DNA of 64,000 nt from NCBI GenBank assembly GCA_045541255.1, contig JAZQIU010000006.1, positions 109,504-173,503 on the forward strand, written 5' to 3'. Positions 42,785-53,725 of the stretch are shown here, piece by piece. The translations under genes and the position numbers were made by a program. The notes beneath the pieces were generated by a model. It saw only the letters and a list, made by a program, of their open reading frames with translations. It was not told the origin of the DNA and made no database searches. The DNA comes from Bacilli bacterium. GTDB taxonomy: Bacteria; Bacillota_I; Bacilli_A; RF39; UBA660. Position 1 is the first letter of the stretch; each line of letters opens with the position of its first letter.

Positions 42785-43455
42785 TGGATAATATTGGGTT
42801 ATATTTTTTAGCACTTATTATACCTATGATTGCGCAAATATATGTTACATCGAATTATAATAAGTATAAAAGAATTAATAATGATAAAAAAATGACTGGT
42901 TTTGATGTGGCTCGTATGATATTAGATAAAAATGGTCTAAATAATATGTATGTAGTTGAAACTAAAGGTAATTTAACTGATCATTATGATCCTAAAAGAA
43001 AAATTATTAAATTATCTAGTGAAGTATTTCATGGTAGTAGTATAGCAGCTATGGCTGTTGCAGCTCATGAAGTTGGACACGCTTTACAAGATAAAGAAGG
43101 TTATTTCTTTATGAAAGTTAGAAGTTTTATATTTCCTATTGTTAATTTTGGTACTAAATTTGCTTATATAGTATTAGTTATAGGTTTAGTAGCTAATATG
43201 ATGAATTTAATATGGACAGGTATATTATTGGTAGGGTTAGGATTATTATTTCAAATAGTTACTTTACCAGTAGAGTTTGATGCTAGTAAAAGAGCCTTAA
43301 AAGAATTAGAAACAAATGTAATTCTTCCTAATGTTGATATAAAAGGTACTAAATCTATGTTAACAGCTGCTGCAATGACTTATGTTGCAGGAGTATTATC
43401 AAGTGCATTAGAAATGTTAAGATTAATTTTAATTTTTACAAATGATAGAGACTAG
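42784..43455 (+). CDS. Zinc metallopeptidase (Zn_peptidase_2 / YugP-like)
   Basis: HEVGHALQD zinc motif with N- and C-terminal TM helices and a typical length of about 223 aa. Confidence 0.8.
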   Translation: MDNIGLYFLALIIPMIAQIYVTSNYNKYKRINNDKKMTGFDVARMILDKNGLNNMYVVETKGNLTDHYDPKRKIIKLSSEVFHGSSIAAMAVAAHEVGHALQDKEGYFFMKVRSFIFPIVNFGTKFAYIVLVIGLVANMMNLIWTGILLVGLGLLFQIVTLPVEFDASKRALKELETNVILPNVDIKGTKSMLTAAAMTYVAGVLSSALEMLRLILIFTNDRD

Positions 43456-43548
43456 TTCTCTTTTTTTGTGTAAATAAAGTGTATATATAAATGTAAATAT
43501 TTGCTTTTATAAATTTTTAATAGTACTCTTAAAATAGAGGTGATACTA

Positions 43549-44262
43549 ATGTCATCAAAAGATTATAGGTATATGAATAAAGATGAGTTCGATATGTATA
43601 AAAAGTTTGCTGAGAGTAGTGTGCGTACAAAGGGAGCAGAAACTATTACTAATGCAAAGAAAGGTACAAAAAGAACTTATAAATCGAAATTTGAAAAGAA
43701 ATTAAGAAAGTTTAAAAGAGTAGTGTCTAGGCTTTTAATAATGGTGTTATTAGTATTAGGATTAGTAAAAGGTGTTGATTTTACTGTAGATTATGCGAAC
43801 AGACATATAGCATATAAAAATGCTTTAGAAGATTTTAGACCAAAATTAGTTCAGTATTTAACTGAAGCTGATGTAAATTTTGCAATTTCTAAAGATAAAA
43901 TTGTTATTTTGGATAATGATGAAAAAAGTATGGATAAACTTCATAATGTTTTAAATGAAGAAGTTGGATTGGATTCTCATCAAACTTCTTATGTGTTAGA
44001 TAAATTATGTGGAGAAGATGCATTTGATAAAAGTGTACAATCTTTTGGGTATGATAATGGAGATGAATTTTTAAGAAGTAATTATTTTAAAGGTCCAGTG
44101 TCTAGTAGTGGAAACATTTATTATGGAAAATACCCTGATAAAAGAAAATTTGAGAATAATCAAGAAGCAGCGGTTTATCAGAAATTAACTGTATTACAAG
44201 AAAAAGAAGAAGCAAAAATACAAGAGTATTTAGAAACACAAGAAAAAGGAATGAGTAAATAA
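43549..44262 (+). CDS. Hypothetical membrane-anchored protein
   Basis: ORF with a basic N-terminus and one TM helix (LLIMVLLVLGLV); no motif recognised. Confidence 0.4.
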   Translation: MSSKDYRYMNKDEFDMYKKFAESSVRTKGAETITNAKKGTKRTYKSKFEKKLRKFKRVVSRLLIMVLLVLGLVKGVDFTVDYANRHIAYKNALEDFRPKLVQYLTEADVNFAISKDKIVILDNDEKSMDKLHNVLNEEVGLDSHQTSYVLDKLCGEDAFDKSVQSFGYDNGDEFLRSNYFKGPVSSSGNIYYGKYPDKRKFENNQEAAVYQKLTVLQEKEEAKIQEYLETQEKGMSK

Positions 44263-44474
44263 TGGAAGAAACAGTATTAATTGATGTTTATAAAATAGGT
44301 GATATTATTTATGAAGTTATTGATCAAGTAGATTATAATAATAATCATTATGTTTTCTTGTGTAATGAAAATGATGAAAATGATATAATGTTAAGAAAAG
44401 TGAATGGAGATAATTTGGATCCTTTAGATACAGAAGAAGAATTAAAAGAAGTTTTAAGTTTATTAAATAAATAG
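44262..44474 (+). CDS. Hypothetical small acidic protein
   Basis: 70 aa, start overlapping the upstream stop (TAATG). Confidence 0.4.
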   Translation: MEETVLIDVYKIGDIIYEVIDQVDYNNNHYVFLCNENDENDIMLRKVNGDNLDPLDTEEELKEVLSLLNK

Positions 44475-44521
44475 AATCTAGTTTGATAGATTTTATTTTT
44501 TTATAAAAGGAGGTTTTAAAT

Positions 44522-45043
44522 ATAAATTATATAAATAAGGGGAAAAGAGATATTTTAATATTTCCTAAATTTAAAAATATAGATAAAATTCAAAAGATAC
44601 GAAAGAAATATGATGAGCTGTATGATATTTTACCTCCTCATATTACTTTAGCTTTTCCTTTTTTTAGTGATATAAGTAATAGTGAATTAGAAAGCAAATT
44701 GAAATTAATATTAAAGGATGTAACTACATTTAAAATAAAGTGTAGTGGTATAAGTTTAAAGAAAGATAATAATATAAATAAATATTATATATTTTTAAAT
44801 ATAGTTGAGGGTAAGGAGTTACTTTTAGATATTCATAATAGAATTTATAATACTATTTTAAAGGAAGGAAATATAGTAGGTTATGAACCTCATATTACAT
44901 TAGGAACTTTGGATAGTAAAAGCATTGAATTAGATTTTGTAGATATTTTTGAAAGTGATATAGATAGTATACTTGTTGAAAGTATCGGTGAAAATGAAGA
45001 ATCAAACATAGTATTTGAAATTAAGTTAAATAAAAATACCTAA
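44522..45043 (+). CDS. 2H phosphoesterase (LigT / 2'-5' RNA ligase-like) family protein
   Basis: Two HxT motifs in one frame: PPHITLAFP (upstream of the ORF-track start) and EPHITLGT. The frame is open from 44507, and a strong RBS aaaggagg (44506-44513) precedes it. No ATG/GTG/TTG lies at the expected distance, so the 5' end is uncertain. Confidence 0.55.
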   Translation: MNYINKGKRDILIFPKFKNIDKIQKIRKKYDELYDILPPHITLAFPFFSDISNSELESKLKLILKDVTTFKIKCSGISLKKDNNINKYYIFLNIVEGKELLLDIHNRIYNTILKEGNIVGYEPHITLGTLDSKSIELDFVDIFESDIDSILVESIGENEESNIVFEIKLNKNT

Positions 45044-45114
45044 AATTAGGTATTTTTATTTGCTTTATTTTATATAAGATGTTAGAATATTTTATGCTTT
45101 TTTGGGGTGGTTAT

Positions 45115-45831
45115 ATGTCAATAGAATATAGAGTGACAAAATGTGATAATATAAATAATTGGTTTGCTGATTTGTTTAATGTTATTAAAATGTGTTGTGA
45201 TTGTAAGGAGTGTCTTTTTTTATTAGAAAAAGTCAGACATTATTATGATACAAATTTTAATATATGTATAGATGAAGAGTTATCATATGATGAAATTAAT
45301 AGTCAACAGAGATTTTTTAATTATATGAAGAATAAAAAATGTAAGTTTAATTTTGAATATTTTAAAATTGGAATAGAATATGCGTCTTATAATAATAAAG
45401 AATTAGATTTTATTAGTGCATTTATACGATATATTGTTATGACGAATTTTGATGATGTTAAAGTTTCAACTGGTTTTTCTACTGGTGTAGGGAATTCTTT
45501 TTATTCAAAAGCTATGTGTTTTTTAGGTGACTATCCTTTAGGAAGTGTAGATTTATTTTTGATTGAATCAAATGTTTTGTTTGATTATTTAAAAGTAAAA
45601 AAACACTTAAGGTGTTTAGGTGTAGGTACTTTATTGTTAAAAAGAATTATGAAAGATTTAGTTGAGTTTTATCCTAATGCTAATTTATATGCTAATAATG
45701 TTTCAAAAAATAATGATACAGCTATTTCCTTTTATAAAAAAATAGGCGGAGTTTTTGATGAAGGGATAGGAGAATATTTTTATAAAGTTACATTTGATAA
45801 AGAAAAATTAAAAATATTATCATTAGAATAA
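45115..45831 (+). CDS. GNAT-family acetyltransferase-like protein
   Basis: The C-terminal part has the acetyl-CoA motif A pattern (LRCLGVGTLLLKRIM) and ...AISFYKKIGG. Start taken at ATG 45115 after ggggtgg. Confidence 0.5.
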   Translation: MSIEYRVTKCDNINNWFADLFNVIKMCCDCKECLFLLEKVRHYYDTNFNICIDEELSYDEINSQQRFFNYMKNKKCKFNFEYFKIGIEYASYNNKELDFISAFIRYIVMTNFDDVKVSTGFSTGVGNSFYSKAMCFLGDYPLGSVDLFLIESNVLFDYLKVKKHLRCLGVGTLLLKRIMKDLVEFYPNANLYANNVSKNNDTAISFYKKIGGVFDEGIGEYFYKVTFDKEKLKILSLE

Positions 45832-45879
45832 TATTTATAATCTTTTGTGGTATTATAAATATATATGAGAGGTGGTTTT

Positions 45880-47826
45880 ATGTTTAAGTTAGTATCAAAA
45901 TATGAACCTAATGGTGATCAACCAAAAGCAATAAATGAGTTAGTTAATGGTTTAAATAACGGGAAAAAACATCAGGTATTATTAGGAGCAACGGGTACTG
46001 GTAAAACTTTTACAATTGCAAATGTTATAGAGAAAGTTAATAAACCAACTTTGGTTTTAGCTCATAATAAGACATTAGCAGGGCAATTATATGGTGAATT
46101 AAAAGAATTGTTTCCAGAAAATCATGTAGAATACTTTGTTTCATATTATGATTATTATCAACCAGAAGCTTATGTTCCTAGTAGTGATACATATATAGAA
46201 AAAGATGCTAGTATAAATGATGAAATAGATGAATTAAGACATAGTGCAACTGCTTCTTTATTGCGTAATCGAGATACTATTGTTGTAGCAAGCGTATCAT
46301 GTATATATGGTATTGGCGATGTAGAAGATTATAAAGAAAAGATGTTAATAATTAATTTAGGGGATATTATAAAACGTGATGAATTATTAAAAAAACTTAT
46401 AGATATGACTTATGAAAGAAATCAACTAGATTTTCATAGGGGAACATTTAGGGTTAATGGAGATATAATCGATATTATTCCTATCGGTGAAAAGAAAAAT
46501 GGTATACGTATAGAGTTATTTGGTGATGAAGTAGAAACTATAAGTGAATTTGATATTTTGACTGGAGTAGTAAAAAATAAAAAGAAAAGTATTACAATAT
46601 TTCCTGCGAGTCATTTTGTTACAAGTGAAGATAAATTAAAAATTGCTATTGAAAGAATACAAAATGAATTAGAAGAAAGATTAAAGTATTTAAAAGAAAA
46701 TAATAAGTTATTAGAAGAACAACGTTTAAGAGAAAGAACTTTATATGATATAGAAATGTTAAAAGAAACTGGTTTTTGTCATGGTGTTGAAAACTATTCT
46801 AGACATTTAGCGTTAAGAGAAGAAGGAGAAACTCCTAATTGTTTAATCGATTTCTTTCCTGATGATTTCTTATTAGTAATAGATGAGTCTCATGTAACTG
46901 TTCCTCAAGTAAGAGGAATGTATAATGGAGATAGAATGAGAAAACAAACTTTAGTTGATTATGGTTTCCGTTTACCAAGTGCATTAGATAATAGACCATT
47001 AAAGTTTAATGAATTTGAGGATAAGATTAATCAAGTTATATATGTTTCGGCAACTCCAGGAGATTATGAATTGGATTTAGTTGATAATAATTTTGCTGAG
47101 CAAATTATTAGACCTACTGGATTGTTGGATCCTACAATTGATGTAAGAAAAACAGAAGGTCAAATAGATGATTTGATTGGGGAAATTAATAAACGTATTG
47201 AATTAAATGAAAGAGTTTTAATTACTACATTAACTATTAGAATGGCAGAAGAATTAACTAATTATTTAAAAGGAATAGGCATAAAAGTAGCTTATTTACA
47301 TAGTGAAGTTAAGACTTTGGAGAGAATGAAAATAATTAGAGAATTACGTTTAGGTGTTTATGATGTAGTAGTCGGTATTAACTTATTGCGTGAAGGTATT
47401 GATATACCAGAAGTTAGTTTGATTGCTATTATGGATGCTGATAAACAAGGCTTCTTAAGAAGTGAGCGAAGCCTTATTCAAACTATAGGTAGATGTGCCA
47501 GAAACGAAAAAGGGCATGTTATTATGTATGCAGATACTATAAGTGAAGCGATGGATAAAAGTATTAAAGAGACTGAAAGAAGACGTAGTATTCAAGATAA
47601 ATATAATAAAGAACATGGAATAGTTCCTAAGACAATTATTAAATCAATTAAAGAAGTTATTAGTAATGAAGTTGATGACAAAATAGAAGATGTTAAAATG
47701 AGTAAAAAAGAAAAACAGGATATGTTAATTAGAATAGAAGAAGAGATGAGAGAAGCAGCTAAGAATATGGATTTTGAACGTGCTATGGAACTAAGAGATA
47801 TATTATTTGAATTAAAAAGTGAGTAA
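45880..47826 (+). CDS. uvrB: Excinuclease ABC subunit B
   Basis: Walker A GATGTGKT, helicase motifs (DESH, SATPG, LREGLD-like [10 protein letters not shown]) and a C-terminal UVR domain (FERAMELRD). Confidence 0.95.
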   Translation: MFKLVSKYEPNGDQPKAINELVNGLNNGKKHQVLLGATGTGKTFTIANVIEKVNKPTLVLAHNKTLAGQLYGELKELFPENHVEYFVSYYDYYQPEAYVPSSDTYIEKDASINDEIDELRHSATASLLRNRDTIVVASVSCIYGIGDVEDYKEKMLIINLGDIIKRDELLKKLIDMTYERNQLDFHRGTFRVNGDIIDIIPIGEKKNGIRIELFGDEVETISEFDILTGVVKNKKKSITIFPASHFVTSEDKLKIAIERIQNELEERLKYLKENNKLLEEQRLRERTLYDIEMLKETGFCHGVENYSRHLALREEGETPNCLIDFFPDDFLLVIDESHVTVPQVRGMYNGDRMRKQTLVDYGFRLPSALDNRPLKFNEFEDKINQVIYVSATPGDYELDLVDNNFAEQIIRPTGLLDPTIDVRKTEGQIDDLIGEINKRIELNERVLITTLTIRMAEELTNYLKGIGIKVAYLHSEVKTLERMKIIRELRLGVYDVVVGINLLREGIDIPEVSLIAIMDADKQGFLRSERSLIQTIGRCARNEKGHVIMYADTISEAMDKSIKETERRRSIQDKYNKEHGIVPKTIIKSIKEVISNEVDDKIEDVKMSKKEKQDMLIRIEEEMREAAKNMDFERAMELRDILFELKSE

Positions 47827-47902
47827 ACTTGATACTTTCTTTTTAATTGACTATAAATATAAATTGTAATAAAATTATTAATGTACAAGGGAGTTGTTTA
47901 GA

Positions 47903-49525
47903 GTGAAAAAGATAGCTATTTTTGGTCATAAAAATCCAGATACTGATAGTGTATGTGGTGCAATATGTTTAAGTTATTTAAAAAATCAATTAGGATTTAA
48001 TACTGAACCGAGAATACTAGGTGAAATAAATAATGAAACAAAATTTGCTTTAGACTATTTCAATGTGAAAACTCCAAGTTTATTAGAAGATGTTAAAGTA
48101 AAAATTAAAGATATTACTTATCACAAAGATTATTTTATAAAAGAAGATTCAAGTATTTATGATACATATTATTCTATGAATGATAAAAATATAACAGGTA
48201 TTCCTTTAGTAGATAATAATAAAAAGTTTGTTGGTTATGTTTCATTGAAAGAAATAGCACGTGCTATGATAGATCATACTACGAATTATTTAGATACAAC
48301 ATTTGATAATATTGTTAGTACTTTAAATAGTATAAATTATGTAAGAGTTAACGAAGAAATAAAAGGTAATATTGTTGCTGCTACTTTTGATGATAATACT
48401 TTTATAAATCAAATTAAATTAGATAATAATAGTATAGTTATCGTTGGTGATAGACAAGCAATTATAGATTATTCTATAGAAAATAAAGTTAAATTAATTA
48501 TATTAATTGGTAATCAAGAGTTAAATCCCGAACAATTATTAATAGCAAAAGCGAATAATGTTAATATTATTTGTACTCCATATAGTAGTTTTGAAACTAG
48601 TAGGTTATTAGGGTTAACTAATAAAATAAATACTATTAAGAGAAATGAAAATTGTATATGTTTAGATGTAGAAGATTATATGACGGACTTTATAGAGATA
48701 TCTAATAAGACTAAGCATACTAATTATCCTATTGTTAATAAAAAAGGTATATGTTATGGTCTTTTAAGACTTATTGATACAAGCGAATATAACAAATATA
48801 AAGTTATATTGGTAGATCATAATGAGAGTAAACAGAGTGTTGATGGATTAGAAGAAGCTGAAATATTAGAGGTTGTGGATCATCATAATATAAGTGATAT
48901 AAATACTAATAAACCTATTAATTTTAGAAATATGGCTGTAGGTAGTGTAAATACAATTATTTATTATTTATATAAAGAAAATAATGTAACTATTCCAAAT
49001 GATATTGCAGGATTAATGTTAAGCGGTATTTTGTCTGATACACTATTGCTTAATAGTCCAACCACTACTTATCATGATAAATTTGTTGTTAATGAATTAT
49101 CTAAACAAAATAATATAGATTATAATAGTTATGGTATAAAACTTTTAAAAAGCGGTATGGATTTAACTGGATTTAGTGTAGAAGATATTATTTATAGAGA
49201 TTATAAAACTTATAATGTTAATGGGTATAAATTTAGTATCGGTCAAATTCTTACTGTAGATTTTTGTGATATAGAAAGTAAAAAAGATGAATATATAGAA
49301 GCGTTGAATGAGATAAGTATTAAAAATGGATATAAGGTTAGTGCTTTATATGTTACAAACATTTTGGATAAAAGCTCTTATATTTTATATAATGATAGTG
49401 CTGATTATATAATGAAGGAAGCTTATGGTTTAAATAATATATATCAAGGTATAATTTTAGATGGAGTTTTATCTAGAAAAAAACAAATGGTACCGAATAT
49501 AATGGATATATTAGAAAGATTATAA
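47903..49525 (+). CDS. CBS-domain-containing family II (DHH/DHHA2) inorganic pyrophosphatase
   Basis: DHH motifs are present (GHKNPDTDSVCGAI; LVDHNE; VVDHHN), with inserted CBS/DRTGG-like segments and a DHHA2 C-terminus. A GTG 47903 start is likely; the ORF track gives TTG 47894. Confidence 0.8.
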   Translation: MKKIAIFGHKNPDTDSVCGAICLSYLKNQLGFNTEPRILGEINNETKFALDYFNVKTPSLLEDVKVKIKDITYHKDYFIKEDSSIYDTYYSMNDKNITGIPLVDNNKKFVGYVSLKEIARAMIDHTTNYLDTTFDNIVSTLNSINYVRVNEEIKGNIVAATFDDNTFINQIKLDNNSIVIVGDRQAIIDYSIENKVKLIILIGNQELNPEQLLIAKANNVNIICTPYSSFETSRLLGLTNKINTIKRNENCICLDVEDYMTDFIEISNKTKHTNYPIVNKKGICYGLLRLIDTSEYNKYKVILVDHNESKQSVDGLEEAEILEVVDHHNISDINTNKPINFRNMAVGSVNTIIYYLYKENNVTIPNDIAGLMLSGILSDTLLLNSPTTTYHDKFVVNELSKQNNIDYNSYGIKLLKSGMDLTGFSVEDIIYRDYKTYNVNGYKFSIGQILTVDFCDIESKKDEYIEALNEISIKNGYKVSALYVTNILDKSSYILYNDSADYIMKEAYGLNNIYQGIILDGVLSRKKQMVPNIMDILERL

Positions 49526-49569
49526 AAAATCAACTTATTAAAAGTTGATTTTTATTTGTTGTAAAAATT

Positions 49570-49902
49570 TTAACTATTTAAACCATCTATATAACCGATA
49601 ACTTTATTTTTCTTATCTTTAGTCATTTTATCAAATGTATCTAATAACATTAAATCTGTAACATCAAAACCATTTTTCTTAATGCTTAATAATGGCATAT
49701 CATCGTTAATTCTACCCAATAAATAATCAGTAGATGTTCCTAAAAAGTCAGCTATTTTAATAAGTGTTTCAACTGATGGATAAGCTTTTCCTGATTCATA
49801 TGCTGAAATAGTTTCTTGGCTAACTTCAGCTGCTATACTAAGTCTAACTTGAGTAATCTTTTTCTTTTCTCTAATTTTCTTTAAATTTTCCATAAAATTC
49901 AC
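49570..49902 (-). CDS. XRE-family helix-turn-helix transcriptional regulator
   Basis: N-terminal HTH: KKITQVRLSIAAEVSQETISAYESGKAYPSVETLIKIADFLGTSTDYLLGR. Confidence 0.8.
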   Translation of the reverse strand: MNFMENLKKIREKKKITQVRLSIAAEVSQETISAYESGKAYPSVETLIKIADFLGTSTDYLLGRINDDMPLLSIKKNGFDVTDLMLLDTFDKMTKDKKNKVIGYIDGLNS

Positions 49903-50077
49903 CTCATTAATAACTCTTATATATATTATTGTATAGGAAATAATTGTATATTTTAGATATTGAAAATGTACTTTGATATAAGTAGTATCTATTATGTAAA
50001 ATGTATTTTGTCGAATTAAAGCGAATATGTTTTATTATAAATTTTATGTCATAAGTTTATTTAGGAGGACAATAGTT

Positions 50078-52633
50078 ATGGGACTAAATGGACTAAATGA
50101 TGAAGAAGTAAAACAATCTAGAAAAAAGTATGGCACTAATAATGTTAATAATACTAAAAAAAATAGTTTTTTATCTCTTTTGATAGAATCATTAGGTGAT
50201 CCTATTATTAAAATTCTTTTAATTGCTCTTTCCGTTAAAATAGTATTTTTATTTCATGATGCTGATTGGTTTGAAACTTTAGGTATTCTTATAGCGATAT
50301 TTTTAGCATCTTTTATATCTACTATAAGTGAATATGGTAGTGAGAAGGCATTTAAAAGATTACAGGATGAAAGTAGCAATATATTGGTAAAAGTTAAGAG
50401 AAATGGAAATTTAATAAAAATTAATATTAATGAGATTGTAGTAAATGATATAGTTATTTTAGAAAGTGGAGATTTAGTTCCGGCGGATGCTATAGTTCTT
50501 AAGGGTGGAGTTTTGGTTGATGAATCTGCATTGAATGGTGAAACTAAAGAGGTAGAAAAGAACTTAGGAAGTGAGATTTTAAAGGGAAGTATAATTTGTG
50601 ATGGAGAATGTATTTTAAGAATAACGAGAGTAGGTAAAAATACTATATATGGAAATATAGAAGTTGAAGTTATGTCTAAAACTATTGATAGTCCTTTGAG
50701 AAGTAGATTACATACTTTAGCTAGTACAATAAGTAAAATAGGTTATATAGGTAGTATATTAGTAGTAATAAGTTATTTGTTTTCAGTAATAGTTTTAAAA
50801 AATAATTTTGATTTATCTTTAATAATGGATACTATAACTAATCCTAAATTAATGATAGATTATTTAATTTATTCGATGACTTTATGTGTAACTGTTATAA
50901 TAGTTGCTGTTCCTGAAGGATTGCCTATGATGGTTGCATTAGTATTATCTAGTAACGTTAAAAGAATGTTAAAAAGTAATGTGTTAGTTAGAAAAATGGT
51001 TGGAATAGAAACAGCAGGTAGTATAAATATTTTATTTACTGATAAAACTGGTACTATAACTAATGGTAAGTTAAGTGTTATAGAACTTTTAAATTATAAG
51101 GGTGTAGTAGAAAATAATTTAAAGTATAAAAATATATTTTTAGAAAGTTTACTTTATAATAATCAAAGTAATTATAGTAATGGAGAAGTAATAGGTGGTA
51201 ATACTACAGATCAAGCTATAATGAATTATATTAAAAGAGAAAAGAATGAAGATTATGAAAATGTGGTTTTATTTAATAGTAAAAATAAATATTCAGTAAC
51301 TAAACTTGTAAATAAAAATATGTTTTATTTTAAGGGTGCTAATGAAGTTATTATTGAAAATTCTGATTATTATTTAGATGATTTAGGGTATAAACAGATA
51401 TTAAGAGATAAAAATAAATTATATGATATTGTTAAAGCTAAAACTAAAGAAGGTTTAAGAGTGATTAGCGTTGGATATAAAAATAATAATAGCAATCTTA
51501 GTGGGATATGTTTTATTGGTTTTGTTGTTATAAAAGATGAAATTAGAGATAATGCAAGGGATGGAATAAAATTAGTTAATGATGCTCATATTCAAACTGT
51601 TATGATTACTGGAGATGATAAGTCTACTGCTACATCAATAGGTAGAGAAATAGGTTTAATTAATAGTATAAATGATATAATATTAACTCATGATGATTTG
51701 GAAAAGATGAATGATAATAGTATTGCAAAAATAATACCTAATTTGAGAATTGTTGCGCGTGCTTTACCAACTGATAAAAGTAGATTAGTTAAAATATGTC
51801 AAAGTATAGATCTAGTTGTTGGTATGACAGGAGATGGAGTTAATGATGCTCCTGCTTTAAAAATAGCTGATGTAGGGTTTGCAATGGGAAGTGGAACGGA
51901 AATTGCAAAAGAAAGTAGTGATATTGTTATTTTAGATAATAATTTGATATCTATAGGTAATGCTGTACTTTATGGTCGTACAATTTTTAAGAATATTAGA
52001 AAGTTTGTTATATATCAATTAACTGTAAATTGTTGTGCTTTAGTATTAAGTATAATTGGTCCAATAATAGGTATATCTACTCCTATAACAGTAATTCAAA
52101 TGCTGTGGATAAATATGATAATGGATACTTTAGCTGGTTTGGCATTTAGTTATGAACCTCCATTAGATGAATATTTAAAAGAATTTCCTAAAAAACGCAA
52201 TGAAACTATAATTAATAAATATATGTATGCGGAAATCATTTTAACTGGAGTATTTTCTTCTTTAGTTTGTCTGTTTTATCTTTCTAACAACTTTATAAAA
52301 AATATGTTTAGGGTAGATAGCAATAATATTTATTTTATGACTGGTTTCTTTGCTCTATTTATATTTATGGGAATATTTAATGCTTTTAATGCAAGAACTA
52401 CAAGGCTTAATTTATTAAGTAATTTAAAAAAGAATAAAGTATTTATTATTCTCTTTAGTTTAATAAGTATAGTTCAAATGTATTTAATATATTATGGTGG
52501 TAGTTTATTTAGAACATATGGTTTATCTATTAAAGAGTTGTTAATTGTATTTGTTATGGCATTAACTGTTATACCTGTTGATTTATTTAGAAAAGTTTTA
52601 TTTAAAAGAAAAGGTGTAATAGATTATATTTAA
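50078..52633 (+). CDS. P-type ATPase, Ca2+-transporting (PMCA/SERCA-like, P2 type)
   Basis: Phosphorylation motif DKTGTIT plus TGES-equivalent, TGDDKSTA, GDGVNDAPAL and PEGLP in TM4. Start at ATG 50078 after RBS aggagg. Confidence 0.9.
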   Translation: MGLNGLNDEEVKQSRKKYGTNNVNNTKKNSFLSLLIESLGDPIIKILLIALSVKIVFLFHDADWFETLGILIAIFLASFISTISEYGSEKAFKRLQDESSNILVKVKRNGNLIKININEIVVNDIVILESGDLVPADAIVLKGGVLVDESALNGETKEVEKNLGSEILKGSIICDGECILRITRVGKNTIYGNIEVEVMSKTIDSPLRSRLHTLASTISKIGYIGSILVVISYLFSVIVLKNNFDLSLIMDTITNPKLMIDYLIYSMTLCVTVIIVAVPEGLPMMVALVLSSNVKRMLKSNVLVRKMVGIETAGSINILFTDKTGTITNGKLSVIELLNYKGVVENNLKYKNIFLESLLYNNQSNYSNGEVIGGNTTDQAIMNYIKREKNEDYENVVLFNSKNKYSVTKLVNKNMFYFKGANEVIIENSDYYLDDLGYKQILRDKNKLYDIVKAKTKEGLRVISVGYKNNNSNLSGICFIGFVVIKDEIRDNARDGIKLVNDAHIQTVMITGDDKSTATSIGREIGLINSINDIILTHDDLEKMNDNSIAKIIPNLRIVARALPTDKSRLVKICQSIDLVVGMTGDGVNDAPALKIADVGFAMGSGTEIAKESSDIVILDNNLISIGNAVLYGRTIFKNIRKFVIYQLTVNCCALVLSIIGPIIGISTPITVIQMLWINMIMDTLAGLAFSYEPPLDEYLKEFPKKRNETIINKYMYAEIILTGVFSSLVCLFYLSNNFIKNMFRVDSNNIYFMTGFFALFIFMGIFNAFNARTTRLNLLSNLKKNKVFIILFSLISIVQMYLIYYGGSLFRTYGLSIKELLIVFVMALTVIPVDLFRKVLFKRKGVIDYI

Positions 52634-53136
52634 ATTACATTATAACCATTAATAATAGTTCTAGTTTCTTTTATAGTTATAAATGCTTTATTATCTAATT
52701 TATGTAAAAGATTAGTAAGTTCTTCTAATCTTTTTTTATCGGTTTCTATTAGTAGTACAGTTTGATTTTTATCTTTATTTAATATTGTAACTCCAAAGTC
52801 AGCATCTTTAATTTTTTTTGTTGTTTTAATTTTATTAGATATTACTATTAATTCCATATTAGTTTTTATAAATTTATGAGTTATTAAAGTACCAAGTATT
52901 GTTCCGGTAGTATAACCTCCTGAATAACTAAGTACTATAAAAAAATTTAATTCTGTATTAAGTGCTTCTCTTGCTACTAAGAACCAAATAGTTATTTCAA
53001 AAAATGCTAATATAGCTACTATAACTGTTTTACCTCTTAATACAAATGTAGTTCTAACTGTACTTATACATACATCTAGAATTCGAGCAAAAAATATTTT
53101 CAAACAAGTAAATAGAAGAGTCATAGAAATCACCAT
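52630..53136 (-). CDS. UPF0316/DUF2179 family membrane protein
   Basis: N-terminal IFFARILDVCISTVRTTFVLRGK... with three TM helices, then a C-terminal DUF2179-like soluble domain. Confidence 0.65.
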   Translation of the reverse strand: MVISMTLLFTCLKIFFARILDVCISTVRTTFVLRGKTVIVAILAFFEITIWFLVAREALNTELNFFIVLSYSGGYTTGTILGTLITHKFIKTNMELIVISNKIKTTKKIKDADFGVTILNKDKNQTVLLIETDKKRLEELTNLLHKLDNKAFITIKETRTIINGYNVI

Positions 53137-53184
53137 TATTAGTATGAAGTTTATTTTTTTACTTATACTAATAGAGGTGATAAT

Positions 53185-53682
53185 ATGTATAATATTTTTA
53201 ATATATTTTTATTTTATTCAATATTTGGTAATCTGTTTGAACGAATAATAATGAATTTTATTAATGAGTCATATATAAGTGGTTTTATGGGTACTTTATT
53301 TACACCTATATATGGAATAGCAGTATTGGTTATATTAAATATCCATAAAAGAATAAAAATAAAAAATAAATTTTTAAAAATATTTGTAGAGTTTTTTTTA
53401 TATGTTTTAGTTTTAACTATATTAGAATTTATAGGTGGTATGTTAATAGAGAAGGTATTTAATAAAGTTTATTGGAATTATGATAAGTTTAAATATAATG
53501 TTGGAAAATATGTTAGTTTAGAAAGTTCTTTATTATGGGGAGTTTTATCTATAAGTGTATTGTATTTGATTCATCCTCTTTATAAAAAGTTAGAGCCACA
53601 TATACCTAAATTTGTAACTATAGGATTTAGTTTGTTTTTTATAATAAATTTATTTTTTTCATTATTTGTTAAATTGGCCTAG
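53185..53682 (+). CDS. Putative membrane protein (PF06541/CmpB-like)
   Basis: Polytopic; motifs GTLFTPIYGIAV and GGMLIEKVFNKVYWNY resemble that family. Confidence 0.45.
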   Translation: MYNIFNIFLFYSIFGNLFERIIMNFINESYISGFMGTLFTPIYGIAVLVILNIHKRIKIKNKFLKIFVEFFLYVLVLTILEFIGGMLIEKVFNKVYWNYDKFKYNVGKYVSLESSLLWGVLSISVLYLIHPLYKKLEPHIPKFVTIGFSLFFIINLFFSLFVKLA

Positions 53683-53725
53683 TATAAAAAATTTAAATAA
53701 CATAGTATAAGTTGGAGGGTAAATT

